From an uncultured delta proteobacterium (GTDB taxonomy: Bacteria; Desulfobacterota; Syntrophorhabdia; Syntrophorhabdales; WCHB1-27): a DNA stretch of 64,000 nt. Position numbers and translations under genes: made by a program. This document shows, one piece after another, positions 30,285 through 40,081 of the stretch (its first letter is position 1; every line of letters starts with the position of its first letter). The stretch spans positions 224,001 to 288,000 of the forward strand of contig CAWEPK010000005.1 of NCBI GenBank assembly GCA_963810935.1, read 5' to 3'. Under the pieces are notes generated by a model. That model was not told the origin of the DNA. It worked only from the letters and a program-made list of their open reading frames with translations, and ran no database searches.

Positions 30285-31021
30285 AGTGCCGCCTTGTCTG
30301 CCGGAGCAACCGGCGGCGTTTCACATAAACGCTCGTATGTGGCGATGTCGCCCATGTCGTGCCACTCGCCCTCATCTATGACCACGCCCCTGACTGCGCC
30401 GCGTGAGGCCGCTATCCGTCCGAGCAGGATGGGGACGATCGACTGGGGGCGGCCAGTCTCGATGAAGCGCAGGATCGACGTCTCTACTGCGTAGATCCCG
30501 GTGAAGAGGCAGTTCCTTGCCGATGGTGCGCCGAGGGCCCCCCGCATATCGCATACCACGCCCTCATCGCTGATGCTTACGTTCAGGGGGCAGCCGCTGC
30601 TTCGTAAGGCCAGCGTCGCCTCCGGCCGCAGCCGTTCGTGCCAGGCGCAAAGAGGTCCCAGGGAAAAACCGGCTATCACGTCCCCGTTGTAGCAGAGGAT
30701 GGCATCATCCTCGTCGAGGAGGTCTTCGATGTTCTTCAAACCCCCGGCCGTGTCGAGGAGGACGGGCTCGTTACGGAAAGAGACAGGCACGCCGCGCCAC
30801 CGGCCGTCCGGGAATTTTTCTTCGTACATCTCGTGACGGAGGTACGTGTTTACGATGAAGCGGTCGACGCCCGCAGTGATGAGGTGGTCCATTGCGTACG
30901 TGATGACGGGGCGGCCGCCCAGGGGCAGGAGCGGCTTCGGGCAGCGGTCCGTGAGGGGACGCAGGCGGGTCCCCAACCCGGCGCCCAGGATAAAGGCTGT
31001 CTTCAGCCGGCGTCTTCTCAA
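30281..31021 (-). CDS. MurU-like nucleotidyltransferase
   Basis: AFILGAGLGTRLRPLTDRCPKPL, LDTAGGLKN, YNGD, WHDMG; TTG start overlaps the upstream stop. Confidence 0.85.
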   Translation of the reverse strand: MRRRRLKTAFILGAGLGTRLRPLTDRCPKPLLPLGGRPVITYAMDHLITAGVDRFIVNTYLRHEMYEEKFPDGRWRGVPVSFRNEPVLLDTAGGLKNIEDLLDEDDAILCYNGDVIAGFSLGPLCAWHERLRPEATLALRSSGCPLNVSISDEGVVCDMRGALGAPSARNCLFTGIYAVETSILRFIETGRPQSIVPILLGRIAASRGAVRGVVIDEGEWHDMGDIATYERLCETPPVAPADKAAL

Positions 31022-32354
31022 TATAGCCTCGATAAGGTCGCGCCGCGAAAATAATGGGCCATAATCTGCTCCGCCGAAAACCCCCTGCTCGCCATCACTG
31101 CCGCTCCGATCTGGCAAAGGCCGACCCCGTGGCCCCACCCTGCGCCCTCGAAGACGAACCGCTCCGGCACGCGCCCTGCCGGGAGGGCCCTTACCATAAA
31201 CGCACTGCTGTAAAGGTGGCTGGGCGAGAGCCACCGCCTTATCTCCAGCTCCTTACCCACGACAACGGCCATTTTCGAGCCGGAGATCATAAGCTTGCGT
31301 ATCCGGCCCGAGGGGCCGCGCTCCAAAGGCTCGATTCTCCGAAGCGCGCCGAAATCGAGACCCGATTTTTCGCGGATGATCTGTTCGAGCTCGCCACGGG
31401 TATATTCCACGGTCCACCTAAAAAAAGACGTCGTCTCCCTGTCGAAATCGGGGAGGATGCTTGCAAGCAGCGCCTCGTCCTTCGTGTTGCAATAGACATC
31501 CGGCCGGGCGTCGATCCAGCGTTCGGCCTGCTCCTCTGTCGTGACCGGGGCATAGGCCCCCGGTCCGTCGAAGATGCTGACGAGGTAGGGTACGTGGACG
31601 TCCGCCCAGGCGGTGCGGAATTCCTCCGTCAACCCGCCGCACGCCTTCGAATAACGGGCGTCGCAAATCTCGCTTTCGTTGGTGAGGGCTATGCCCCTCG
31701 TCTCCCTTACCGCGTCGCGGACGTTATCGGACGTGATTTTCGTGAGGCCGTGGTAGCGTTGGCAGTGGTCGTCTGCGCAGACGTCGAAAAGCTCATGGTC
31801 CTCCCCGTCGTACCACCGCACGATCTCCGCGTCGCGTTGTGCAGGCGGGGGGCTCGCGGCGGACCTTGTGCGGCCCACCCTTTTTCACCAGTATGGCGAG
31901 GGCCCAGCTCCTCGACAGGATCGCGTGGCACTTCAGGAACTCGATCGGGGCCTGCGCGCTCATCTCGGAGGCGACTACGCTTTCCAGGTAATCCTCTACA
32001 GGCAGGCTCGTTGACGGCAGACACCCCGCCGTCCTTGCCGGCAAGAAGAACGAGGTTCCCCCGGTAACTGTGGTCCTCTTTTCTTTCCCAGTGGAAGCTC
32101 TTACCTATCGTAACACGGAAGAGGTCGAACATCGTGTTTGCGCCGCCTTCGATCCGCAGGGCGGCGGCGCGGGCCGCCTCGTGCCCCTCGCCGTCGCGCA
32201 GTACGATGCGCCCGGCGTGCGATGCGGCCGAAAACCCTCCCGACACCGGCCCTACGCCGTCTATCGAGAAGACGCCGTTAAGACGGCCTTCGAGGTTTTG
32301 CTCCTCGACTATGCTTACGGAGATGAGAGGTTCGCTTACAATCCTCACAGCCAT
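31018..32354 (-). CDS. SpoIID/LytB-domain lytic transglycosylase (frameshifts near 32000 and 31850)
   Basis: [58 protein letters not shown], across three ORFs. Confidence 0.9.
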
Positions 32355-32590
32355 CAGAGCCAAAAAATTATTACTTTTTCGGAAGACTGTCAATCGCGGC
32401 GGAATGTGCAGCCTTTTTTTACACCCCGCCCTCTTTCACGCGATGATGTCATTTACTAAGGCCTGAGGCGACGTTATCGGCCTGCCCTCCGGGGGCACGC
32501 ACCGAAAAGGTGTCCCTTCTCTTTACAGAGGCTCCACGCCCTTTCGTCGAAGATGCGCATGTTTTCAGGGTATTCGAGGGCCTGCGCCGC

Positions 32591-32606
32591 TGGTACGCAC
32601 GTTGCA
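32591..32606 (+). promoter_or_regulatory. Putative sigma-54 promoter
   Basis: TGGTACGCACGTTGCA, near-consensus -24/-12, 25 nt before an ATG with GGAGG RBS. Confidence 0.65.
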
Positions 32607-32631
32607 TCCCTTCAGGAGTGTCGGAGGGGAC

Positions 32632-32874
32632 ATGAACAGCCAGGTCATGAAGCACCTCGTCGGCATCCTCCTCGAATCGCCTCTGTATCTCACGCTATCG
32701 CGCAGGGAAAGACACCGCCTCCTGAACGACTTCGTCGGCCTTTACGCCTTCTTCGTGGAAACCCCCGACAATGCGGGCGCCGGGGAGCAGTCCGTGCTGG
32801 CAAGGAGCGCGAACGTGTCCGCCGAAACACGCAAGGCAGCCGGCCGAAAAGGGCTCTTCCAAACGTCTCATTGA
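32632..32874 (+). CDS. Small hypothetical protein
   Basis: GGAGG RBS; MNSQVMKHLVGILLESPLYLTLSRRER. Confidence 0.65.
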   Translation: MNSQVMKHLVGILLESPLYLTLSRRERHRLLNDFVGLYAFFVETPDNAGAGEQSVLARSANVSAETRKAAGRKGLFQTSH

Positions 32875-32944
32875 CCTTATCGCCGCAATAATCTATCATG
32901 GGAATATGCTTTGAACGCCCCAAATAAAGATAAGGGAGACGCCC

Positions 32945-33757
32945 ATGAATACGAAGAAGAAATTCGGCCTTAAGGGTTATTCGCTGCCTCTCACTCCGGA
33001 AGGGCGCTCATCCGTCATTGACGCGCCCCCGTGGTATTACGGGGGTGAGATCCTCCATATAGGGTTCAAGGCCGCAAAAGAGAAGGTCGCCCGGCTGCTG
33101 CCGCCGCCCCTCGAGATGGGGCCGGACCCCGGGGCCGGGGCAGTCTGGTTCCCCGACTGGGTATCCGTAAGCGAGGGCAGGCCCGACCTCGCGTTCGTCA
33201 ACCCGGAAAGGTCGAACTACCGCGAGTGCCTCGTGATGCTCGCATGCAGTTTTAACGGCAAGCCCGGCTACTTCGTCCCGTATATCTGGGTGGACAACGA
33301 CTTCACCCTTATCAGAGGCTTCATCCAGGGGTTCCCGAAAAAGCTTGGGAGGATATACGTCACCAGGCTCCACGAGCTGAACCCGAAGATCGGTGGAAAA
33401 AAAATAGGGGCGAAAATAAAGGGCATCTGCGAAGTAAACGCCCAGAGGATCGTGGAAGGTTCGATGACGTTTACGCGAAAGGCGAAGCCGTCCGAGGTCC
33501 CGCCCGTGAAATTCTATCTCATGCGCCATTTCCCGAGCGTGGAGGACCCGAACGTACCCGCCGTGCACGAGCTTGCGACCGGCGCTGTCCGGGACGTGAA
33601 GATAGCCGATGTATGGACAGGCAGCGGTGAGCTTTCCTTTTTCCCCTCGCCTTTCGAAGAGGTCGCCGGCCTCGGCCGCGTCAAGGTGCAGGAGGCGTTC
33701 TATTTCAGCATGGGCATGACGATAACAGGCGGCGAAGTGCTCCACAAGTACAGGTAA
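32945..33757 (+). CDS. Acetoacetate decarboxylase-like superfamily protein (MppR-like)
   Basis: GYSLPLTPEG..PPWYY, IWVDND, RGFIQGFPKK (Schiff-base Lys motif). Confidence 0.85.
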   Translation: MNTKKKFGLKGYSLPLTPEGRSSVIDAPPWYYGGEILHIGFKAAKEKVARLLPPPLEMGPDPGAGAVWFPDWVSVSEGRPDLAFVNPERSNYRECLVMLACSFNGKPGYFVPYIWVDNDFTLIRGFIQGFPKKLGRIYVTRLHELNPKIGGKKIGAKIKGICEVNAQRIVEGSMTFTRKAKPSEVPPVKFYLMRHFPSVEDPNVPAVHELATGAVRDVKIADVWTGSGELSFFPSPFEEVAGLGRVKVQEAFYFSMGMTITGGEVLHKYR

Positions 33758-33865
33758 CGGTCCACAGCCGCCTTTACGGGGCGCCTCACAGACCGCCCAA
33801 TCGAGCCGCCATTCCGGGCGCACCTCTCTTTACAGACGCGCCTGCCGGTCTAATAATTCTATAGA

Positions 33866-34546
33866 ATGCGCGACGCAGCGGCTGCATCACTCATGGCGAT
33901 AGCCATGCTCTGCTTCCCCCCGGCCTGCATGGGGGCAGGCCGGGACGCGGGCGCGGAAACGATTGTCAGGCAGATGCAGGCCGCCTGGGCAAACGTACAC
34001 GATTACCGGGCGCGGATGCTCATTCGCACATATCGGGACAGCGGGTCGCCCGATACGCAGACGTTCTTTTACACATTCAGGAAGCCCGACCAAATCAGGA
34101 TAGATTTCATACGTCCTCACCCGGGCATGGTGATGATATATCCTGACAAGGAGGGAAGGGTCTTCATCAGGCCCTCCGGGCTTGCCCGGCTCTTCCGTCT
34201 GCACCTGCCTCCGGACAGCCCGAGGCTCGTAGTCTCCGCCGGGCAGCGCATAGACCAGACGGACCTGGGGCTGCTGATCGCCAACATAGCGCGCAGCGTA
34301 GGGAGCGAGCGGCGGGGGCCGGTCTTCACATTCGAGGAGAACGGGCTGGCGGTCATTCAGACGGTCGCTGTGGACCACTTCCGCCCGGACGTAGTCACCG
34401 CTTACAGGTTCCTGATAGATAAGCACATGTGGCTCCCCGTCAGGGTGGAGGAATCGACGCCGGGAGGGCAAACCGAGCGGACGATAAGCTTTTTCGACCT
34501 CGAAGTGAACGTATCAATTCCGGTCGCTTTCTTCAAGGCCGGGTGA
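33866..34546 (+). CDS. LolA-like periplasmic lipid/lipoprotein carrier-fold protein
   Basis: Signal peptide; DYRA, FRKPDQIRID, LIDKHMWLPVRVE, FFDLEVN..F. Confidence 0.7.
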   Translation: MRDAAAASLMAIAMLCFPPACMGAGRDAGAETIVRQMQAAWANVHDYRARMLIRTYRDSGSPDTQTFFYTFRKPDQIRIDFIRPHPGMVMIYPDKEGRVFIRPSGLARLFRLHLPPDSPRLVVSAGQRIDQTDLGLLIANIARSVGSERRGPVFTFEENGLAVIQTVAVDHFRPDVVTAYRFLIDKHMWLPVRVEESTPGGQTERTISFFDLEVNVSIPVAFFKAG

Positions 34547-34564
34547 GGTAAGGACGGCCTGACC

Positions 34565-35308
34565 ATGGGAGAGACGGACGGCAGGGAGACCGGGAGGCAG
34601 GCAGAGTGGTTTGTGCCCTGGTTCGGGCCGGCAGCCTTCCGGTCGTTCGTAGGTCTTCTGTTCCTGCCGTACACGGGCATGGTCCTCTCCTTCGCCGTCC
34701 TGGGCTCCGTAGTCGCGCCTTCGATAGACCTCGGAAGGCTTTGCGCAATAGTTATTATTTATGCCCTGGGTCTCGGCGTAGGCGCCCACAGCCTCGACGC
34801 GCTTGGAAGGGGAGGGAAGAAACCGTGGGGCGTTATCCTCACGAAGCGGCAGCTTATAGTAGTCGCGGCCGCTTCCTTGACGTCCGCCTATGCCGTTGCC
34901 GCCTACTACATGGTGACCGCCGTCTCCCGCCTCTGGACCGTCGCGGCAGCAGAGGGCTTCTTCGTTTTCGCCTACAACCTGGAGTGGTTCAAGGGCAGGT
35001 TCCACACGGACGGATGGTTTGCCTTCTCATGGGGGTTTCTGCCCGTTATAGCAGGCAACATCATGCAGACCAACACGGTCTCTCCGGCCGCCCTTGCACT
35101 CGGGCTTTCCATGGCGCTTTTCAGCCTGATAGAGATAAAGGCCTCCCGCCCGTACAAGGAGCTGAAGAAGCGCGCCGGCCCGTATGCGGCGGATGACCTT
35201 TCGGAAATTGCCGCGTACGAATACATTTTGAAATGCGTGAGCCTCGGCGTCATGCTCCTTGCGTCGGCGTTTCTGATCCTGAGGTTTTCCGGCGGGCGGC
35301 ACCCGTGA
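34565..35308 (+). CDS. Integral membrane protein, divergent UbiA-prenyltransferase-like
   Basis: About 7-8 TM segments; AHSLDAL..KPW loop at the position of the UbiA NDxxD..RP loop; FAYNLE, FHTDGWFAFSWG. Confidence 0.55.
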   Translation: MGETDGRETGRQAEWFVPWFGPAAFRSFVGLLFLPYTGMVLSFAVLGSVVAPSIDLGRLCAIVIIYALGLGVGAHSLDALGRGGKKPWGVILTKRQLIVVAAASLTSAYAVAAYYMVTAVSRLWTVAAAEGFFVFAYNLEWFKGRFHTDGWFAFSWGFLPVIAGNIMQTNTVSPAALALGLSMALFSLIEIKASRPYKELKKRAGPYAADDLSEIAAYEYILKCVSLGVMLLASAFLILRFSGGRHP

Positions 35309-36276
35309 GCGATTTTCACGCATATATCGCGAGACGAAGGCCCCGAATCGATGAGGCTTACAACCTCAGGCTGTATGCCCTTCTGACCGGCGTACCGGCC
35401 GCGGACCGGACGGGCCTCTTACAGAGCCTCCAGGCAGGAAAGAAGATAAGGGGGTGCCTGGCCTGCCTCGTCTGCGAGGGGCTGGGCGGCCCCGTGGAGC
35501 AGGCAATCCCAAGGGCGGTAGCCGTAGAGATGATACAGGCGGCCACCCTGCTGCACGATGATTTCGTCGATCAGGACACGCTCAGGGGCGGCAGGCCGGC
35601 AGTCTGGACAGTCGAGGGGGCGAGGAGGACGGTCCTTATAGGGGACGTTATCTTCGCTGCCGCCATTAAAATGATGGCCGATGTGGGCGCACGCGACGGG
35701 CGGGAGGCGGCAGACGCCATCGCCAGGGTCTCGCGCGGCGCCTTGAAAGAGCCGCTCGACGCGCAGGCGCTCGCGGAAAGGATAGAATCGGACGGCCCGC
35801 ACGCGGCCCCGTACGATGAGATCGTCCGGCTCAAGACGGCCGAGCTTTTCGGCACTGCCTGCACCCTCGGCGCGATCGCGGCGGGCCTGGACGGCCCGGT
35901 ATCAGAGATATGCCGCAGCTACGGACTGTCGGTCGGCGAGGCATACCAGATAGCCGACGACCTGAAGGAAGTACGGCACTGCCTCTATGCGGGGCTCATC
36001 GATGCCCGCCACGCAACGGGCATTGCCCCTGCCGTCCTGCGCTTTGCGCCGGAGGCGCGTATGCTTCTGGTCGACGCGCTGAAAGGCGGGCGGCGGCAGA
36101 TCGATGCAGGGGACCGCGCACTCCTCGCAGATGCCGCCCGGCTGATGGAAGAGGCAGTAGAAGCGCGATGGGGGGCAGCGGCAGCCCTGATAGGCGGCTT
36201 TCCTTATAGCGGCTATAGCGAGGTTGTACGGAAGGCCCCGGAGGAGATTATCGCGATTTTCAACGAGTCGCTTTAA
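35305..36276 (+). CDS. Polyprenyl diphosphate synthase family protein
   Basis: GKKIRG, LLHDDFVD..RGG (FARM), IGD, LKTAELF, AYQIADDLKE (SARM); GTGA overlap. Confidence 0.9.
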   Translation: MSDFHAYIARRRPRIDEAYNLRLYALLTGVPAADRTGLLQSLQAGKKIRGCLACLVCEGLGGPVEQAIPRAVAVEMIQAATLLHDDFVDQDTLRGGRPAVWTVEGARRTVLIGDVIFAAAIKMMADVGARDGREAADAIARVSRGALKEPLDAQALAERIESDGPHAAPYDEIVRLKTAELFGTACTLGAIAAGLDGPVSEICRSYGLSVGEAYQIADDLKEVRHCLYAGLIDARHATGIAPAVLRFAPEARMLLVDALKGGRRQIDAGDRALLADAARLMEEAVEARWGAAAALIGGFPYSGYSEVVRKAPEEIIAIFNESL

Positions 36277-36330
36277 TTCTACCGTTCCACAAAATGTGTT
36301 CCTGTTTGAGGTTCGTTGATTCCTTTCCTT

Positions 36331-36437
36331 CCGTCATTCCGGCGAAAGCCGGAATCCAATGCTGTCAGGGACCCGCAATCGCTGGACCCTGGTTCCCGGA
36401 TTGAAACATTCCGGGACAAGCTTCATCAGGGTGACGG
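36331..36437. repeat. CGTC-type REP doublet
   Basis: CCGTCATTCCGGCGAAAGCCGGAATCCA ... TGGACCCTG-insert-CAGGGTGACGG, inverted CCGTCA termini. Confidence 0.8.
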
Positions 36438-37141
36438 CCGAGGGGGGCCGGGCTTTTGGCGCGGACGATGGCTGCTGCACCGAAGTGGAGGCTTTCTGAG
36501 CCGATTTCTTCGAAGCCGCAGCCAGCTAGAAGTTCTTTAAGGCGGGCTACCCAATCCGTCTGCCGAAGGAAGCCCGGAAGGTCGTCAAACGCGGGCCTCC
36601 AGGAAGGATAGAACCTGACTGCGATACTCTGTAAGAGCGCAAAATGGAGCCGCCACGCAGCAGCGCAGGTCTTGTTGCCGGGATAGGTGAAGTCGTGCAT
36701 AATGAGCAAGCCGCCCGGCCGGAGAATCTTCTTCACGTTTCGGACGAGGGCGGGAAGGTTTGCGTATTTTGCAAGGTACGATGAAGTGACGCAGTCGGCG
36801 GGCCCTTCCGGCAGCATGTCCTCGGCGCGTCCCTGCATCAACTCCACGTTGCCCAGGCCAGAGGCGGCTGTCTTCGCCTTTGCTATTTTCAGGTACCCTT
36901 CGGTCACGTCTATGCCCGTTACGCGGGCCTGCGGGAAATGCCGTGCGAGCATCAGAGTAAGGATGCCTGTGCCGCATGCCTGGTCGACTATCCTGGCCGG
37001 CCCTGCGGGTACCATCCCCACTATCCTCTTTTTCCACCTGTTGTCGAAGCCCAGCGTCGTCGCGCGGACGACGCTGTCGTAACTCGACCCCGTGCCCGAA
37101 AAAAAACGGCCCACGAGGTCCATACGATCGCTGTTCTCCAT
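36365..37141 (-). CDS. UbiE/MenG-like class I SAM methyltransferase
   Basis: FFSGTGSSYD..TLGFDNRWKK, VDQACGTG, GIDVT, LRPGG..HDF. Confidence 0.85.
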   Translation of the reverse strand: MENSDRMDLVGRFFSGTGSSYDSVVRATTLGFDNRWKKRIVGMVPAGPARIVDQACGTGILTLMLARHFPQARVTGIDVTEGYLKIAKAKTAASGLGNVELMQGRAEDMLPEGPADCVTSSYLAKYANLPALVRNVKKILRPGGLLIMHDFTYPGNKTCAAAWRLHFALLQSIAVRFYPSWRPAFDDLPGFLRQTDWVARLKELLAGCGFEEIGSESLHFGAAAIVRAKSPAPLGRHPDEACPGMFQSGNQGPAIAGP

Positions 37142-37182
37142 TGTGCCCGGCCCCAGCAGCCGCCTGCAGCGGCGGTACTAAT

Positions 37183-38172
37183 TTATAAGAGATTGCGCAG
37201 CAGTGCCGAAGCCTGCCTGATGCCCACCTTGATCCCCATCCGCGCCGAATTCTTTTTCAGCGTCCTGGCGCTTCGGAGATCGAGCCGCTCGCCCCGTCTC
37301 ATCCGGTCGATTACGCTCCGCTCGTCCTTCATCCAGCCGAACTCCCGCATTATGGCGCTCGTGTAACCCTCCGGGTCGTCCCAGGACCGCATGAGCAGGC
37401 TGACGCTCTTCATGCCGGGAACGATCCCATCGCCCGCGAGCGGCGCTACGCATCCGATTGCCTCGCCGACCCCCCAGACGTCGCATCCGTTATGTCTGGT
37501 GACGAAAGGCAGCGACGCATGCGGCGCCGTCAGGCGGATGTTCCCTTTGCAGCCGCAGAGCACTTTGCCCGGCGAGCCGTTGCCGCTCACCCAGCCGAGC
37601 TCGCGCAGGCGCATCGCCGGGTCCGCCAGCAGGGAGCCGCATCCTATGTGATATTCCCCTTTCGACAACGGGAAGCACCAGGCATAGCCGATGCCGCCGA
37701 GCGTTATGCGGTTTTCGAGCGCCTCATCGGAGCGTACCCGGAATTGAACGCACGGCAGCGTGACATCGTCATCGATGGCAGGCAGAAGCGCTCTGGATAC
37801 GCCGGACGCATCGATCACCCTCTCATATGACCCGGCGTCGAACCCAGAACGCCGTATCCCGGCCCCCGAGAAAAGGTCCCCCAGGAGCTTTTGCTTGTCG
37901 AAAGTCATGAGATCGACCCCTATCCTGAAGCCGTCAATCAGTATGTGGTCCATTTTGCTCAAGGCATAATCCGAAGCGTCGAGGCCCGCGTCGTGCGCAA
38001 GCTCGGCGAACTCCCGCGACGTCGCCCACGCGCACGGGCTGACCCCGCATGACGTACCGGGGTCCTTGCCGAAGACGTCGGCCCGGACGCCGCTTTGCAG
38101 AAGCAGCCGGAACAGATAGGCGGCCGTCAGGCCCGCCCCCAGAATAGCCACTTTCATAGCCCGGACTTCCAT
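37183..38172 (-). CDS. FAD-dependent oxidoreductase, geranylgeranyl-reductase-like
   Basis: VAILGAG, PCAW, IDASG, GYAWCFP..HIGCG, VGEAIGCVAPLAGDGI. Confidence 0.78.
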   Translation of the reverse strand: MEVRAMKVAILGAGLTAAYLFRLLLQSGVRADVFGKDPGTSCGVSPCAWATSREFAELAHDAGLDASDYALSKMDHILIDGFRIGVDLMTFDKQKLLGDLFSGAGIRRSGFDAGSYERVIDASGVSRALLPAIDDDVTLPCVQFRVRSDEALENRITLGGIGYAWCFPLSKGEYHIGCGSLLADPAMRLRELGWVSGNGSPGKVLCGCKGNIRLTAPHASLPFVTRHNGCDVWGVGEAIGCVAPLAGDGIVPGMKSVSLLMRSWDDPEGYTSAIMREFGWMKDERSVIDRMRRGERLDLRSARTLKKNSARMGIKVGIRQASALLRNLL

Positions 38173-38300
38173 ATATCGTTCAACTCCTTATATATTCATT
38201 ATAGGTCACGTCTGCCCGAAACGGCAAAAAAAGGCCTCACATAGCCTTCGCCTCCCATCCAGTTACGCAAAGGCATCGCAGGGTGTATAATAAGAAAAAG

Positions 38301-38984
38301 ATGAGAGACGAAGACTCCTTCACGGAACTGTGGAAGCACCTTCCGAAAGAGCTGCAGGACGAATTGGCCGAAGCGGTCGAGAAATCTTCGGCCAGGTCGC
38401 CGGAGGAGTTTGCCTGGCAGATCTTCGTCGGCCCCTGTCCCCGATGCGGCAGCAGGGAAACGCAGGACTGCGAGGGCGTCGCCGGGATCGCAGACATCAG
38501 CCTCGGCCTTTGCAACAGGTGCGGCCATCTTTGGTGTACCGAATGCGGGCGGCCTGCGGTGGTCGGGACGCCTTGCGAGCACTGGGAGATATGCGAGAGC
38601 TGCCTTGAAGAAAAAGGCAGACCCCATGATTGCGGCATATCCACCGCGGCCTGCCCTAAAATCGTATTTTCCGAGGCCTTTCAAGACGACGAAAGCGTTT
38701 ACAACTGCGCCTGGTGCAACAGGGTAATAGAGAAGGATGCGGACGTGTACGGGCTCGGGGCCAGGACGCGCAAAGGGATCCGCCCGCCCGGACGCGAGGG
38801 AACGCGCGTCAGGATACCCCTGAGCCACATAGACAAGACGGTCTCGGCCATCGTCCCCCGGCGCAGCCAGGATGCGAAAAGCGAAGGAGACGACCTTCTT
38901 TTCACGATCTGCAGCAGGAAGTGCGGCGAGCTGCTGAAAAGGGCGCTCCTGAAAGAGAAGTTCAGGATAGTACGGAAGGGCTGA
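38301..38984 (+). CDS. Cys-rich multi-zinc-ribbon hypothetical protein
   Basis: CPRC, CNRC, CTEC, CESC, CAWC, CSRKC. Confidence 0.75.
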   Translation: MRDEDSFTELWKHLPKELQDELAEAVEKSSARSPEEFAWQIFVGPCPRCGSRETQDCEGVAGIADISLGLCNRCGHLWCTECGRPAVVGTPCEHWEICESCLEEKGRPHDCGISTAACPKIVFSEAFQDDESVYNCAWCNRVIEKDADVYGLGARTRKGIRPPGREGTRVRIPLSHIDKTVSAIVPRRSQDAKSEGDDLLFTICSRKCGELLKRALLKEKFRIVRKG

Positions 38985-39052
38985 AAAGCCGCCTCATTGC
39001 CTCCCCCTTGTTTTGCTATTGACAAGAAGAACCGACTGTAATTAAATCAACC

Positions 39053-40066
39053 GTGGACAGGCCGGGCTATATTCGCGAGATGCAGATAGCGCGAGGGGTG
39101 GGCATACTTCTCGTCACCGTAGGCCACAGCGAGCCCATAAGGGCCGCTTACCCGGTCCTGTTCAATACCATCTACGCCTTTCACATGCCCCTTTTTTTCT
39201 TCCTGTCGGGCTTTTTTTCCCTGAAATCGACCACCGCAGGCACCTTCAGGGAATGGCGCAGCGTCGTCTGGCCGAGGCTCCTCAAGCTCATCATCCCATA
39301 CTTCGCAATCACGGTTACGTACTCACTGCTCAAGTGGTGCGTGCCGCAACTGGCCAAAAGGCCCGTTGACCTGGGCCGGCTCCTCGTCGATATGCTGATC
39401 TACCCTACGGACAACCCTGCCCTTTTCCTCTGGTTCCTCTACGCGCTCATTATTATGAGGGCGCTCGCGCCGCTTGCCATGAAGGCCAACCCTTACGCCG
39501 TCCTGGCGGTCTGCCTGGTCTTTCAGGTACTGACCCCCGATATACGGCCGCTGGGGATCACGCTCGTATTCTATTACGGCATATATTATTATTTGGGCTT
39601 GCAGACGGCCGCCCTGAAAAAAGAGCGGTTCCTCTTCCTGCTCAAGAGGCCACCGCTCCCCGTCGCTGCATTATGCGTCTTTGCCGCCGCCTGTCTCGCA
39701 CAGGCGCACTGGCCCACGCCGCTTTTGAGGTTCCCCGCCGCGGCGTCGGGCATACTCTTCGTCTTATCCGCCTGCTCCGTATATGGCAGGTTCCTGCCGG
39801 CCCGCATCCTCGAATATGCCGGCCGCCATTCCCTGCAAGTCTACCTGCTCCAGTATTTCTTTATCTTCCCGACCCTGTTCGCGCTGCTTGCCGTAGGCGT
39901 ACCCGGGCGGCTCATCGTATTCGCCACCTTCGCGGTCGGCCTGGCGGGACCGCTTTTGATCGCCGCCTCGGTCTTCCCCAGAAGCCGCATAATAGCACTG
40001 TTATATGGCGGAATTGAAACCGGTACGGGGGGACAGCCCGGACAAGTCGGGGAACGCGCTGCCTGA
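39053..40066 (+). CDS. Acyltransferase family 3 (membrane O-acyltransferase)
   Basis: ARGVGILLVTVGH, FHMPLFFFLSG, LWFLYAL, GRHSLQVYLLQ. Confidence 0.9.
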   Translation: MDRPGYIREMQIARGVGILLVTVGHSEPIRAAYPVLFNTIYAFHMPLFFFLSGFFSLKSTTAGTFREWRSVVWPRLLKLIIPYFAITVTYSLLKWCVPQLAKRPVDLGRLLVDMLIYPTDNPALFLWFLYALIIMRALAPLAMKANPYAVLAVCLVFQVLTPDIRPLGITLVFYYGIYYYLGLQTAALKKERFLFLLKRPPLPVAALCVFAAACLAQAHWPTPLLRFPAAASGILFVLSACSVYGRFLPARILEYAGRHSLQVYLLQYFFIFPTLFALLAVGVPGRLIVFATFAVGLAGPLLIAASVFPRSRIIALLYGGIETGTGGQPGQVGERAA

Positions 40067-40081
40067 ACGAAGGACAAATTT

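Noticed and set aside
33866..38172. Canonical archaeal ether-lipid or menaquinone operon
   Set aside because: No GGGP synthase, G1P dehydrogenase or men/mqn genes here; kept only as an unknown prenyl pathway
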